DNA of 64,000 nucleotides from Octopus sinensis (Eukaryota). Location of the stretch: contig NC_042997.1 in assembly GCF_006345805.1 (NCBI RefSeq), forward strand, positions 110,112,001-110,176,000, read 5' to 3'. Below the pieces are notes generated by a model. That model was not told the DNA's origin. It searched no databases and saw only the letters and a program-made list of their open reading frames with translations. Each line of letters starts with the position of its first letter. The stretch's first letter is position 1. The position numbers and the translations under genes are program-made. This document shows, piece by piece, positions 13,301 to 26,525 of the stretch.

Positions 13301-14046
13301 GCATTATATGCATATATGTATGTATTTGTGTGAGTATTTGTTTGTGTGTATGTAAGAGTCTATATTGGTATAAGTGTATTATGTACGTCTATGTGTGCGT
13401 GTATGTATATGTATATATATATATATATATATGTATGTTTGCATATATATATACCCATACACACACGCACACTCACGCACGCACACACAGACACGCACGC
13501 TCACTCACACACACACACACACACACACAGAGACACAAAGACACGCACACACACACATGTATCAAGAAAGGGAAGCGGTCGGAATTTTGCATAAATCTTT
13601 ATTAGCGCTTTCGTCTCCTTCTTAGAGACTTCTCAGATATAAGTTTTATAGAAAATTCCTTTACCTTTCATAAAAATCAAAATTAGGATGTTCTTTCTGT
13701 TCAGAAAAGTAGAGAAGGATGGAGAGAGAGAGGGGGGAATGAGAGAAAGAAAAAAAGAAACAAACAAACAAACAAACAAACAAACAAAGAGATGCTTTCA
13801 AAAACAACGACTAAATCCAAGTTGACGTCTTAAATTGTAATTAAGCTTCAACAGGGTGACCACCACGTCGGGACAATACCATTGAAAAGGAGCTCCTTTC
13901 TCGCTGTCTTTCTCTTTCCTCTCTTTATTTTTCTTTCCTTTCTCTTTCTTTCTTGTCTTTTTTCTTGTCTTTTTATCTCCTTTTCTAAACAAAACAAAAC
14001 AACATCTCTTAGATTTCTATAAAAGGCGAAGAAATTTTCTGTAAAA

Positions 14047-14093
14047 CTTATATCTGAGGAATCTCCACGAAGGAGACGAAAGCGCTATTAAAG
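14047..14093 (+). ncRNA. Minimal type I hammerhead ribozyme motif (partly decayed)
   Basis: CTGAGGA-(A)TCTCC ACGAA GGAGA(C)-GAAA-GCGC-T-A; palindromic stem III AGCGCT; first stem II pair is A/C; stem I imperfect. Confidence 0.55.
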
Positions 14094-14159
14094 AATTACC
14101 CAAAATTCTAACTACCTCCTTTTTCTTAATATATGAAGCCTATACACCGCTTCAAACAA

Positions 14160-14395
14160 TCTATACACACACACATCATGGGCTCTTCGGTCGAAGACGA
14201 CGCATTAGTGTTCAGCTTTTACCGAACGACCTGCACAAATGTTTCTCATGATCAGACGTTCGTGCTGTACATTTGCTCACTCTCTCCATCAAATCGACGT
14301 TGCCTGAACAAATGCACAGAATATCAGGCGACAGGTGTCGAAGTGATCGTAGAGCGACGTGTTTTGCTTAACAACACAACGCACCACCCGCTCTA

Positions 14396-14397
<2 letters not shown>
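14160..14397. repeat. Unclassified dispersed repeat (copy 1)
   Basis: Aligns by eye with 53392-53565 (catgggctcttcggtcgaagacgacgcattagtgttcagc vs catgatggactctgtcgcccaagacgacatatgagcgttcag); bounded by (CA)n. Confidence 0.6.
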
Positions 14398-14448
<51 letters not shown>

Positions 14449-14559
14449 ACACACATATATATATATATATATATACATCTGAAACATTTTAAACCCTTGC
14501 CGGATACAAATAAGTATGGAGTCCTCTAACTTTGATCTGTCCTACCTGGACAGGAATAT

Positions 14560-15240
14560 CTTTAACAGCAACTTCCGATTATAAGAATGCGCTGTCTAGG
14601 GTATGTATAAGGTTACACCGAACACTCAACGGAAGAGAATCAAGAAGCGGGAGGTGATCTTCTTTGATCCACCATGCCACCAAGACATCACCAGGAAAAT
14701 AAACAGGAGTTTCTTAAGTATAAGACGGCATCATTTCCCAGCGATACACAACTGCAACTTGTTCTTCAAGTCACGTTATGTCATGCACGAACAACAAAGC
14801 ATCCTACATCAAATTCTACAAATACACAAATACTCTACACCATTTATTTACTTCTATTGTTAATATCCACCTACATTTCCTCTCAAGAAATCCTGATCCT
14901 CTCTAAAGTTGTCCTATACAGCAATCATAACTTTCCCGGATGGAATTGAAAAGAAGTATATTGGTTTACCTGCAAACACTTTTAAGAATCGTTTCCTTCT
15001 TCATTTTCTCGTATCCAAGACAATGAAAGAAGAAACATTCTACATTTATGTCATAATTCATCTCAAATTCTGTGACCTGGAAGTTTCATGACCACCAACA
15101 CAGTAACAGATCGTCAGAAGGCCAACTGGTACTTTCAGGAATCACAGAACTGTAGGCTTTGCTTAACAGAAATGTTTCAAACTCTGAAGCGACCAAATTT
15201 ATTGCCCAATTGCTGCCATCGAAGGATGATCTTTTTTTTT
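14560..15240 (+). mobile_element. Decayed Penelope-like element 3' fragment (third PLE lineage)
   Basis: REVIFFDPP..KINRSFL..HFP linker, VSYTAIITFPDGIEKKYIGLPANTFKNRF (GIY-YIG), NCRLCLTE..CCHRR terminus; multiple frameshifts. Confidence 0.75.
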
Positions 15241-15672
15241 TAAAAATGCCAAAGCAACCGAATATCACAATTCCCTAACACAAAGCCTGCCCCCACCCCT
15301 GGAAGGAGCCCACCTTCATCTATACACTGACTTCATGTAATTCTATTTTGTAAACATATGAAGCTCCTCTCCACTTTTTCGGAAAATAGACATGTGATAG
15401 CTACTCCTGGTCTTTTCCTGGGTAACCCGTCGAGCAAGGAGTCACTGCTTTTTGTAACATACTTTGTTCGAGCATTTTTTTAAAAACTGGATCAAAGATA
15501 GAGGAATAGGCAAGTTGTGTCACAACAATCTTTTAATTTTCCAGACAAGATGAGAATAAAAGATAAAACATTGCTGATGTCGCTGCTGTTATCTTTGGTA
15601 TGATACTGTTTTAAATTAGTATTTAATTGAAATTAATATTTCTAGCACAATGACTTTTTGTGCTTTCAACAG

Positions 15673-15708
15673 GGCGCTGTAAACTTGAAGTTCGGCGTGG
15701 TTTTTTAA
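15673..15708 (+). other. Exon-like fragment GAVNLKFGVVF* resembling a Rap/Ran-GAP (GARNL3-like) motif
   Basis: Follows a strong acceptor ttttgtgctttcaacAG; 8/11 residues match my recollection of GSVNFKFGVLF; immediately followed by a stop; no partner exons found. Confidence 0.2.
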
Positions 15709-16318
15709 TTTTTACATTATCTTTTTCATTTGAATTCTATTTTATCGCTACCCTTCCTTGTTTTTGCATTTAGAAGTAATTCGGGCGTTTGTATACATTA
15801 TCAAGACTTCAGATATTGTGGCCGTGGCGCGGAGCTCTTTTTCTTCTTCTAAGGCGACTATCTTACAATTCTGGCAAATATTGCAAATAAAAAGCCTAAA
15901 CTTTTTAACAACAAACTCTTTCTTACTCCGAGTAATAGTATGGGAGCTTCAAAGAGTTTTCTTTTAATAAATATGTATGAAAAATACTTTATCTTTCAAA
16001 GTAATCCGGTTAAAAATTTCAAAGTAGAGATAAGTTGAACATGGGGAGTGGAAACACAATTGATTTTTTGAGAATTAGGAAAACAAAAATATGCATAGAA
16101 GTACATAACCAAAACTCCAAGACTTAAAAAGTACATATGCACAATATACTGAAAACAGCAATTGTAGATTCTACACTTATCTCATGTAAAGAACTATCAA
16201 TACCAGTGGAAAATAGACAAGGAAAAGAAAACACTGTACATTACCGAAAAAAAAACACAGAGCTGCGTTTGGTTGTACAGTGAAAGCACGCAAAAAACAT
16301 GACTATTGAATAATAATA

Positions 16319-16377
<59 letters not shown>

Positions 16378-17355
16378 TAATAATAATAATAATAATACAA
16401 AAAAACAAAAGTGTTTTTGGTAGTATAACTAATTCCATCATCATGAATGCCGTATCTCAGCGTAAATATTTTTGTTATCGAATTGGCAGATGTACGCGAA
16501 GAATTAACGCAATGAATGCTTTTTTCAAAGATTTCATTCTTCTTATTTCCAGAACTTTCCTTATTTTTCCTTTATCTTCTCTCCCTTTATTCCATCTTAT
16601 CACGTGTTCTTTTTTCTTTTGTTCTTTGTTTTTTTTTGTCATTTACATATTTTTTTCATTCTTTTTGTCATTTTTTTGTCATTGTTTTTGCCTTTCTTTC
16701 ATCTCTCCTCACTCTTCTCCTTGTCATTCTCCATATCTTAAAATGCTGTTTTCGTCGAATTATAACACTTAATGTGGGTAATTCTGTATTTGATAACGTT
16801 GCCATAGATAAACTGTGTCTGAAAAAAAACAGAATCTAAGACACAACAGCAATTACAATATCTAAAATATGGTGCTAACAGCCGTTCTCTTTCCTCAGAT
16901 TAAATATTATACATACTCGGTTGATTCGACTTATTGTGTCTCTTAAGCTGGTGAGTGATCCGTCATTGTCAACGGTGAACTTTAATCGCCATCAGAAATA
17001 CGTCGTTCTGTGAGATAATAGTTGTATATCAAAAACTGTTTTCCCCAGTCTCACTAGAAATAGATTCCTGTAAGTCAGTCTGTGTTTAAGCCACAGAGGC
17101 TGTGATATCTACAACGTCGTATCGCAATTTAAATCCTATCCTTGTGTAACCATATTATGGACTTTCCGAAGTTATAGAAACAAAAGCATGAGTCATAGAA
17201 ACCATAGAAACCAGTTTCTATAACTTCGCAAAGTTGAACTATGAACTTTTATGCCTCTTTTTTCTTCTCTTTCCATCTCCTTATTCTTTTACTCCTTTCA
17301 TCTATGCTGCCATTTTATCGATCTCATTCTCATTTCCATATATTTTCCCTAATTT

Positions 17356-17411
17356 GTCTCTGATGATGGGATACCCCATTCTCGAGGATATCCCAGAAAC
17401 AGCTGTAAGAT
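17356..17411 (+). ncRNA. Canonical minimal type I hammerhead ribozyme motif
   Basis: GTCT-CTGATGA-TGGGATA[15 nt]TATCCCA-GAAA-CAGCTG-T-A-AGAT: intact core, 7-bp stem II, palindromic stem III ACAGCTGT, GUA site, stem I TCT/AGA plus G.U. Confidence 0.8.
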
Positions 17412-17672
17412 TTTGAATTTCTTCCTGTAATATTATTGTATATGACTTGAGATGTTTGCCTTGCCTTAATGTTTGTTTTCCTCTGTAACAATTACATATC
17501 CGCTGCATTGGAAATCTGCAATGGCACCATAACTACTGTCTCGGTCATAACCTCAGAGCCACAGTAATCTGTTACAGCACTTACCTAGCGTACCTAATCG
17601 TTTAGATCACATGTGAACTGATCCCCCCCCCCATACTTTGTATATATATATTTATATATATATATATATATA

Positions 17673-17915
17673 TACAGGTTGCGGTGAATATATTGTCGTC
17701 TAAATTATGCAAAAATGAAAATAACACTGACATCACATTTTAACAGATATATTTAACAAAAGTACATGAAAATATCTTGAAATACTAAACAGTAAATTTA
17801 TTCCGTAAAATCGCCATTAGCTTCAACCACAGCCTCCAAACGACTTCAGAATCTCCTGCAGCTCTTCTGGACGGTCTCCTTGTTTAAGTTGGGGAATGCT
17901 GGTATAAGCCTTGCC
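17673..17915 (-). mobile_element. Tc1/mariner-superfamily 3' end fragment
   Basis: Minus frame ARLIPAFPNLNKETVQKSCRRF*SRLEAVVEANGDFTE*; terminus TA-CAGGTTGCGG in a (TA)n tract. Confidence 0.7.
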
Positions 17916-18854
17916 GCCAGTTCACCTTATATATATATTATATATATATATATACACACACACATACATATATATACTACTGACAGTAAACGCATGTTGT
18001 TGTTCTATTTGATTTTTTTCGACAACTGATGAATTATTTAACCAATTAACCAATGGACTACTTTATTAATCATTTGATCAATCGGTCAATTAGATTCGTT
18101 AAAATCCTTTCGCCACCATTCGCCATTTCACCAATGACGACCCCTCCCCTCAATCCAGGGCTGCTTCTTCAATAAATGAGTTCATACCAAGAATCTTGTG
18201 AAGCAAATAACGAAATATATTCTTCAGACTTCATATAATTACGTAAACATAGAGACTTAGTTACCTAAAGACGGTCGTCTTTGTAATTTCCAGCAGTTTC
18301 CTCCTTGTTAGCTCCTGTTACTACACCTGACATTAGGAAATGAATCGCAACAACGTTTGATTTTATATCGGCGATTCTTCAAAGAGATATTTCTTCTAGC
18401 GTATATATGTACCGAATTAACATGTTCGGATACTGACAACAAACACAAGTCGAGTTTTTAATTCATAAAAAGGTACCTGAAGCTCTCATTTTCCGCATAC
18501 TAGCACATATCTGGTTTTACCTAGCATCTGGCTTTCATTAATTCTCCAGCAAACATCCACAGAATTGAACTAACATTTGTAATTTGACGAGACGTTGGTA
18601 AGGCAATACAGCAGAAAAGTTCCAATTTGATACGATTGCTAACAATATTTAATTATGTTCTGCAATTGTAATTATTTGATTTGATAGCAATATCACCTGG
18701 TTTTAACAAATGTCAGTTGTGGGGAAGAGTGCACAACAAATAACCTCATTGAAACGAAATTGAATTTTTCTTTTTATTCTTTTGTCGAGACAACTATTTT
18801 AAGATTTGTTTTAACGAGGTTGGGGAGCGTAACGAAAAAAGCAAACCGATAGTG

Positions 18855-18920
<66 letters not shown>

Positions 18921-18933
18921 TAATAATAATAAT

Positions 18934-18979
<46 letters not shown>

Positions 18980-19361
18980 AGAAGAAGAAGAGGAGGAAGA
19001 AGAAGAAGAAGCGGAGGAGGAGGGAGGTGGAGGATAGGAAGCAACACCGAAATTCTCATTTGTGGCAACTTTTTACATAAAAATATTTCTTTCTATGTTT
19101 ATAAAAGATAGCAGAGATGTAATATAAGGAAAGGAACAGGGGTGGTTCAGTGTCATTTAACAAACACGCGCACACACACACATACACATACAGACAAACA
19201 CATACATGCATATCTATCTATCGCTCTCTCTCTCACTATCTTTTTTTATTCTCTTTCTCTCTCTCTCTATCTATCTATCTATCTCTATATATATACACAT
19301 ACACATGCACACACACATATATATATATATATATGTATATGCATGTATATGTATATGTTTT

Positions 19362-19416
<55 letters not shown>

Positions 19417-19502
19417 ATCTACATATATACATACACATATATGTACTTAAATACATACAACTATCTTTCCTCCCCTCTCTATCCCCTCTTTTCTCTCTCT
19501 CA

Positions 19503-19562
<60 letters not shown>

Positions 19563-19604
19563 TATATACACACATGCATATTTGCATATATACTCAGACA
19601 TAGA

Positions 19605-19660
<56 letters not shown>

Positions 19661-21500
19661 TAAGTATGTACATATTTATACGCATAGACATATACATATG
19701 CATATATACATTTATACATATGTACATAAATACATATATACATACGTATATACACACATAGGTATGTACATACATACATGCATAATACATACACACACAT
19801 ACATACATACATACATACATACATACATACATACATACATACATACATACATACATACATACATACATACATACGTACATAGATACATACATGCATATAT
19901 ACCTATGTGCTAGTTATAATTGTTGAGGTGTATAGAGTTGTAAGTTGGTTAATAATAGCGGCTGGTAAGAGATTTCGAGTAGAATAGCGTTAGTGTAAAC
20001 CAGGGTGTGGTGAACAGAGTTGTTTTGCTACACCGATTCGAACGCCACACGTGACACCAACTTAAAGAACATGGCTGCTCTCCAAAGTAAACATTTGGAG
20101 ATAATGTGAATGACTGACTGGAAGATTTAATGAGATGAGAGACCTCGAATTGACACAAGTGTGACTTAGACAGAACTGAAAATAGGCTGAGATAAGCTGG
20201 AATCATCTGTCAGAAAAATAAATAAATATTTCAATAAAAAGAAGAAAAAAACGAAGAGAGGCAGGAGAGACTGTGAGGTAAATTTTCAAGGGACGGGAGG
20301 GAGGTTAGACTGATATCTACCTGGAATATATTAACTGGGTTTGTAACGATTTCGTCCGTTTGTTCTTATTTTACTTGAATGTGTAGCAGCGCTTTGTGGA
20401 AGAAGGCGAATGGAGATGCGTTGGGATGCTTTTCGTTTTCATGAAAGTAAATAGCGAAATCTTTCAGCTAGAATTTGCAGCAACAAACGCCGGGTGTGGG
20501 TGAGTGGGTGGGTGGGTGGGGGAAAGAAGTGTTTTAAAGTTCTGTCTCTGGGTCTTGATGTTCTGCCCCACTGCGCCGAGTGAATGGCTTTAGCATAGAA
20601 TACACACACATCAGTCTCTATCACTAAAGATCATGTCTCTAAGTAACAACAACAACAGCAACAACAAGCTGTGATAAAGACAAACTGAATGGGAAAAACG
20701 AAGCGAACATGCTAATAACATCGGGTATAAAAGGAATGCTTGACAATATGGAAGAGAAAAGGCGAATTGAAACAGGAAGTGAAGGTACATGACTGCTAGA
20801 GTGCTGCGGAGTAAATTCACAAGGCTGCACAGAGATCTGCTGGTTTTCAGACACAGATACACAAGGAACTTTCTAGTAACAGCCATATATTCCTCTGCAA
20901 TAAAAATACTGAATAGTTGGAACTTTCACATCAAAATTAAACTCTATTCCTTCTATAAAATTCTTCTAACTCGAGCACATAATATAATGTTGGAGATAGG
21001 AATTAGAGTTTATATTTTAGCGAATGTTGGTGACAGGTGATGAACTCTCCACAAAAGAAGTCGTAAAAATAATATGTTATTAGAGTAAATAACGTCTAAT
21101 AAATGCAACGAAAGACATTTGCTGTATAAAAACAACAAAATAAACGGCATCAACAACAGCAGCTTCAACAAAAACACCCAAAGGTGAATTAATCGCTTAG
21201 AATCGATTCCCAGCAATTGTCTTAAAGGGAAACCAAATAAACTGTAGATTACCTGAAGCAAGGAAATATTTTGATGGCTATTTTAAAGTGTTTCCTTTTA
21301 TTCGAATCTCTAAAACCTTTAAAGAAGCCACTAATATCGAGAAATCCCTCTTTCTCATTTTAGTTTCTAAACTTTCTGGGTTTCGTGTTTTTGTTCATCG
21401 CAATAAATATATAATTTGCGAACTGAAGCAACAAACTGGACCTTTGTTATATTGAAGCAATGTAAATTTGGGATCTCCATCTTAATATTTATGTCTATTA

Positions 21501-21714
21501 AGGCAGCGAGCTGGCAGGATGGTTAGCAGGCTGGGGAAAATGTTTAGCGGCATTTCGTCAGCCTTTACATTCCGAGTTCAAATTCCGCCGAGGCTGACTT
21601 TACCTTTCATTTTTTTGGTCTCGATAAAATAAGTACCAGTTGAATACTGGGGTCGATGTAACTGACTTATTCCCCTCCCCTCAAATTGATGCCCTTGTGC
21701 CAATATTTGAAGCC
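21501..21714 (+). mobile_element. tRNA-derived SINE, family C, with 16-bp target-site duplication
   Basis: GGCAGCGAGCTGGCAG head, GAGTTCAAATTCC B-box; flanks aatatttatgtctatt (21484-21499) and aatgtttatgtctatt (21715-21730). Confidence 0.8.
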
Positions 21715-21750
21715 AATGTTTATGTCTATTGTTCAGGATTTATGTCTATA

Positions 21751-22149
21751 TTCTTTTATTCTTTTATTTGTTTCAATCATTTGACTACGGCCATGCTGCA
21801 GCACCGCCTTTAGTCGAGCAAATAGACCTCAGGACTTATTCTTTGTAAGCCTACTACTTATTCTATCGGTCTCTTTTGCCGAACCGCTAGTTTACGGGGA
21901 TTTAAACATACCAACATCGGTTGTCAAGTAATGGTGGGGAACAAAGAAATAAGACAGACAGACACACACACACACACATATATATACGACGGGCTTCTTT
22001 CAGTTTCCGTCTACCAAATCCAATCACATGGTTCTAGTCGGCCCGAAGCTATAGCAGAAGACACTTGCCCAAGGTGCCACGAAATGGGACTGAACAGGGA
22101 GCCATGTGGCTGGTAAGCAATCTACTTACCACACAGCCAGTCCTGCGCC
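21751..22149 (-). mobile_element. SINE family A (full length)
   Basis: Reverse complement of the family A consensus from head to tail. Confidence 0.9.
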
Positions 22150-22659
22150 TGTATCCCCAAATACTTCTCTTCACCACAATTTATATCTACACTGCAATAT
22201 GTATGTCTACACCCTAATATTTCTCACCACAATCCGATTTGTCAACAATCTTCACGCCTCTACCCAACCCCATAAATCAATATTCAAATTCTCGTGGACA
22301 TATACCCGGTTTCAGGGCGAAGCCGAGCAAAGGAACTTTACATGTCCCCTCAACCAACCGCACCTTCAAAAGCATATGATTATCCAGTCACAGAGTTCCA
22401 TCTAACATTTAATTCTGTTTTATTGCTCCGGTAAGCATGAGAACATCTCCAAAGACAGTTAGATTGGTTAGCTAATATATACAAACATATAAGCGAAATT
22501 ACCCAATTCCCAATATTACATACGGGTGAGACCATACTGTATAGGGTATTTTATAAACAGCTCCCTTTTCTCAGCTATTTGTATTACATAACTTATATAT
22601 AAACGCGTATATATAAATATATACCTATATATATGTAAGTATGTCTATCCCGTTCTTTA

Positions 22660-23090
22660 ATTATACATTATCCAGTGAGGACGGAGCCGGTTTCCAACAA
22701 AGGTACAAGGCTCCATCTTTGCGATGTAGTTAACGCGAAAAAATTCACATTTGGAACTTCAGAAAAGTTTTGCGTATTTTTATTGTTCCACTCACAGATT
22801 GGACTTGTAATGTACGAATGAGCCAGTCAGTTTCTCTTTCTGAAAATTCCAGTTTATCCAGATTCTCCTTTAGGCATTTACAAACAAAACTTACTAAATT
22901 ATAATTGGTATTAATAATGAATTCATAGTCTGGATATAGAAGCTGGAGGTTTCGAAACAGTTGTCCATAGATATCCTCTTTTTCTTTGATTTTCAAACAG
23001 ATTTTTATATCTGCAGGGCAGCTAACCTCTATGATGTCACATACCATTGCCCCCCTGTCCCAAACAATATCCGGTCCATTATGTTTATAT
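22660..23090 (-). mobile_element. RLE-type non-LTR retrotransposon 3' end (R4/Dong-like)
   Basis: HNGPDIVWD then ORF 22745-23047 IEVSCPADIKICLKIKEKEDIY...GTIKIRKTFLKF*, followed by a 3' UTR with a GGAGC..GCTCC hairpin. Confidence 0.8.
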
Positions 23091-23151
23091 TTGACAGAAG
23101 TTTTATATGTACGTATGTATGTAGATTTGTATATATGTATGTATATTTTTA

Positions 23152-23253
23152 TTCAGTTTTATTTCAACATTTCTTGCCAATAAAAAAAGAACCGGTTTCT
23201 AACCTAGATCCAATTCCTTCATTGGTATTTCAACATCAACAACAGGATATTTT
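23152..23253 (-). mobile_element. Short repeat family R (copy 2)
   Basis: Matches 10737-10841; flanked by (TATG)-type repeats. Confidence 0.65.
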
Positions 23254-23584
23254 TGTATGTCTGTCTGTATGTATGTATTGTAGTATTATAAGTCATGAAG
23301 AAGGCGCAACGAAATCGGGATCTTTCCCACGTTATCACTAACCGCTGCTGGGATGACTCGCGTCTCCGATATATATTGTGTTTTTAAACACAGCACGTCC
23401 TCATCCGCTGTTACTTTTGGACGAATAATGCAATAAATTTGCCTTTCAACGATGCATTTATATTCAGAATGATACATAGACGGCTATTATACTTTAATAC
23501 GGCTATAGTGCTATAGGATATAGTAGGATATATATATATATATATAAAATATTCGAGACAAAACCACTATTTTGCATATATATA

Positions 23585-23963
23585 TCTTTTACTTGTTTCA
23601 GTCATTTGACTGTGGCCATGCTGGGGCACCGCCTGTAATCGAACAATTCGACCCCGGGGCTTATTCTTTGTAAGCCTAGTACTTATTCTATCGTCTCCTT
23701 TACCGAACCGCTAAGTTTCGTGGACGTAAACACACCAGCATCGGTTGCCAAGCGATGGTGGAGGTACAAACGCAGACACACAAACATATACACATACATA
23801 CACACACACACACATATTTATACATATATATATATATACGACCGGCTTCTTTCAGTTTCCGTCTACCAAATCCATTCACAAGGCTTTGATCGTCCGAGGC
23901 TATAGTAGATGACACTTGCCCAAGGTGCCACGCAGTGGTTCTGAACCCGAACCATGTGGTTCG
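23585..23963 (-). mobile_element. SINE family A, head truncated at (TA)n
   Basis: Tail and body match family A. Confidence 0.88.
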
Positions 23964-23965
23964 TG

Positions 23966-24026
<61 letters not shown>

Positions 24027-24029
24027 TTA

Positions 24030-24075
<46 letters not shown>

Positions 24076-24084
24076 TATATAATA

Positions 24085-24131
<47 letters not shown>

Positions 24132-25062
24132 CTATTATATGTATGTATATCTGTATGTGTGTGTATGTCATGGGGGTGCGTGCGTGTATACATATACATA
24201 TGTAAATGTGTGTATAGATAGATATGTATATGTACGCTCATACACGTCAGTATGTTTGTAAATGAGTTACTTAAAAATAGACACACATGTATGTAAACAT
24301 GCGCGCACATACAAACACACATACACACACACACACACATGCACTCATGCATATACACTTGCTTATGTGTATTTAAATAGAAGCTATAGAGCTACGTTTG
24401 TATGTACACGTGCGTGTGAGTCCATAAGTATATCTGCGTGCATACGTGTGGAGTATGCATTAAAATTGATGTTTGTATACGAATGTATATATATTTATAC
24501 AAGAACATGCGGTGCATCTATTAACTAATGTTCTCTCTGATGTATTTAACGACATGTTGACATGACGGAATTTGAATGTCTCATGTAAAATTATTGGGTA
24601 ACAAGGATTTTCCATGTCCTGCCATGTCTAAAATTACGCCAGGCAGTATTAGAATGGTTGTTCCAGGTCTGGAAATACATCAAAATGTCGTCGTCGTTGT
24701 TGTTGTTGTCGTTATTGAGCTCCAGTTCATGCCTGAATAAGCAAACTCCTCTCAATGCCACACCAGTGTGACCATCCTTTCTTTTAAAATATATCTGTCA
24801 CTGTATTTATCCGTTGTATCCATTATTTATGTAAGGCAGAAGAGTGAAGTATGTCGGAGACTTGGCTGCTATTTCTAGAATGTTAAGGGAACACGTAGAC
24901 GTTCATCTGCAGCCTCTTCTGTATCATATAAAAGTGAGTTTCAACATTGTGTAACATTTTATTGAAAATTCCGTGGAAATCTGTGGGTCACATCCTTCAT
25001 CCAAAGAACACACATTCGGTGGCACTATTTATAGCCGTTTAAAATTTTACTAGTTTCGTTGT

Positions 25063-25456
25063 TCTTTTATATTCTTTTACTCTTTTATTTGTTTCAGCCA
25101 TCTTGACTCCGGCTATGCTGGAGCACCGCCTTTAGCTGAACAAATCGACTCGAGGACTTATTCTTTGTAAGCCTAGTACTTATTCTATCGGTGTCTTTTG
25201 CCGAACCGGTAAGTTAGGGAAACGTAAACATCGGTTGTCAAGCGATGGTGGGAGGACAGACACAGACACAAACATACACACGCACACACATATACGACGG
25301 GCTTCTTTCAGTTTCTGTCTACCACATCCACTTACAAGGCTTTGGTCAGCCAGAGGTTATAGTAGAAGACCCAAGGTGCCCGCCCCCGCAGTAGGACTGA
25401 ACCCGGAACCACGTAGTTGCTAAGCAAGTTACTTACCACCCAGCCACTCCTGCACC
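25063..25456 (-). mobile_element. SINE family A (full length)
   Basis: Tail, body and head match family A. Confidence 0.88.
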
Positions 25457-25642
25457 TATGTTGTACAACTTTCAGTGAAATTAGACTTTGTTACATGTTT
25501 TAAGATGTCCAACACATTCAATGTTTTCATTCAAAATCTCTCATTGGTATCATCAACTAAATATGTTTAGTTAGTATAATTGCACAAAATGCCGGAATGG
25601 TCTGCCAACTTTTGCATAATTTTGTCTCTTGTATTAATAGGG

Positions 25643-25822
25643 GGAACCAATTCTGGCACAAAGCCAGCAATTTCGGGGAAGCGGGTGAGTCGATTACATC
25701 GACCCCAGTTATTCAACCAGAAATTATGCTACTGACTCAGGAAGGATAAAAGGCAAAGTCGATTTCTGAGGAATTTGAACTCAGAACGTAAAGAAGGGCG
25801 AATCTGTCAACCCACCACCTTA
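25643..25822 (-). mobile_element. SINE family C, decayed with internal deletion
   Basis: GGAATTTGAACTCAGAACGTAAAG (B-box, reverse) and CGATTACATCGACCCCAG module. Confidence 0.7.
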
Positions 25823-26314
25823 ATCTTTTCCGAAATATTCTAGAGCTATTAAACAATGTATGCAAGTTAAACAATTAAACGATGTATGTAAGGGTAGAGT
25901 AGCTTCGAAGATTAGTTTAATTCTGAAGGGTAGACAGGTTGGGGGGTAGACTAGCCGTGATGTTAATAAACTCGGTATACTTCTGCCATTTAACTGAAAC
26001 TTGGATTTGAACTTAGCATCTTTATCATCGAAATTCAAAGCTGCAGAACATAGAGACTGGCATCATCTCATCTTTAACATCCGAACCACTCTAAGAAAAC
26101 ATTTTGAGTTTGCAGGAAGATATTTATTGGGTAAAATCAACCATTATTTAAATGCTTGCTTGGAAGATGCTTCTTTGACCCGGCAAGAGAAAAGAAAAGG
26201 ATTTACATCGCTATTTCAACTCAAAATCTCTAAAGAAGAATCTAAACTAAAGAGCGAAAATGAGGAAAGATACTTCATTATTGAAGTGTTCCTAACACTA
26301 TACATCAGTAACAT

Positions 26315-26525
26315 TGGTTTCAAATTTTGACGCGAGGCCAGCAATTTCGGGGGAGTTGGAGGGGAGACTACGTCGATTAAATAGACTCATTTGCTCAACT
26401 GCTGTCTTTTATGAACCTCGAAAGGAATAAAAGGGAAAGTCAAACACAGCGGAATTTGAACTCAAAACGTAAAGACGGACGAAATGCCACTATACATTTT
26501 TTCCGCGCGTGCTAACGATTCTGTC
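26315..26525 (-). mobile_element. SINE family C, running into the assembly gap
   Basis: GGTTTCAAATTTTG tail, GGAATTTGAACTC B-box, GTGCTAACGATTCTGTC head at the gap edge. Confidence 0.75.

Noticed and set aside
18252-18325. Minus-strand 62-nt segment with AG/GT boundaries (VVTGANKEETAGNYKDDRL*)
   Set aside because: The only open frame ends in a stop at the donor, and cryptic sites are common in AT-rich DNA.
20639-20854. 71-aa minus-strand ORF with a hydrophobic, GPI-signal-like C-terminus
   Set aside because: Non-ATG start, poor acceptor, and the hydrophobic end derives partly from a (CAA)n repeat.
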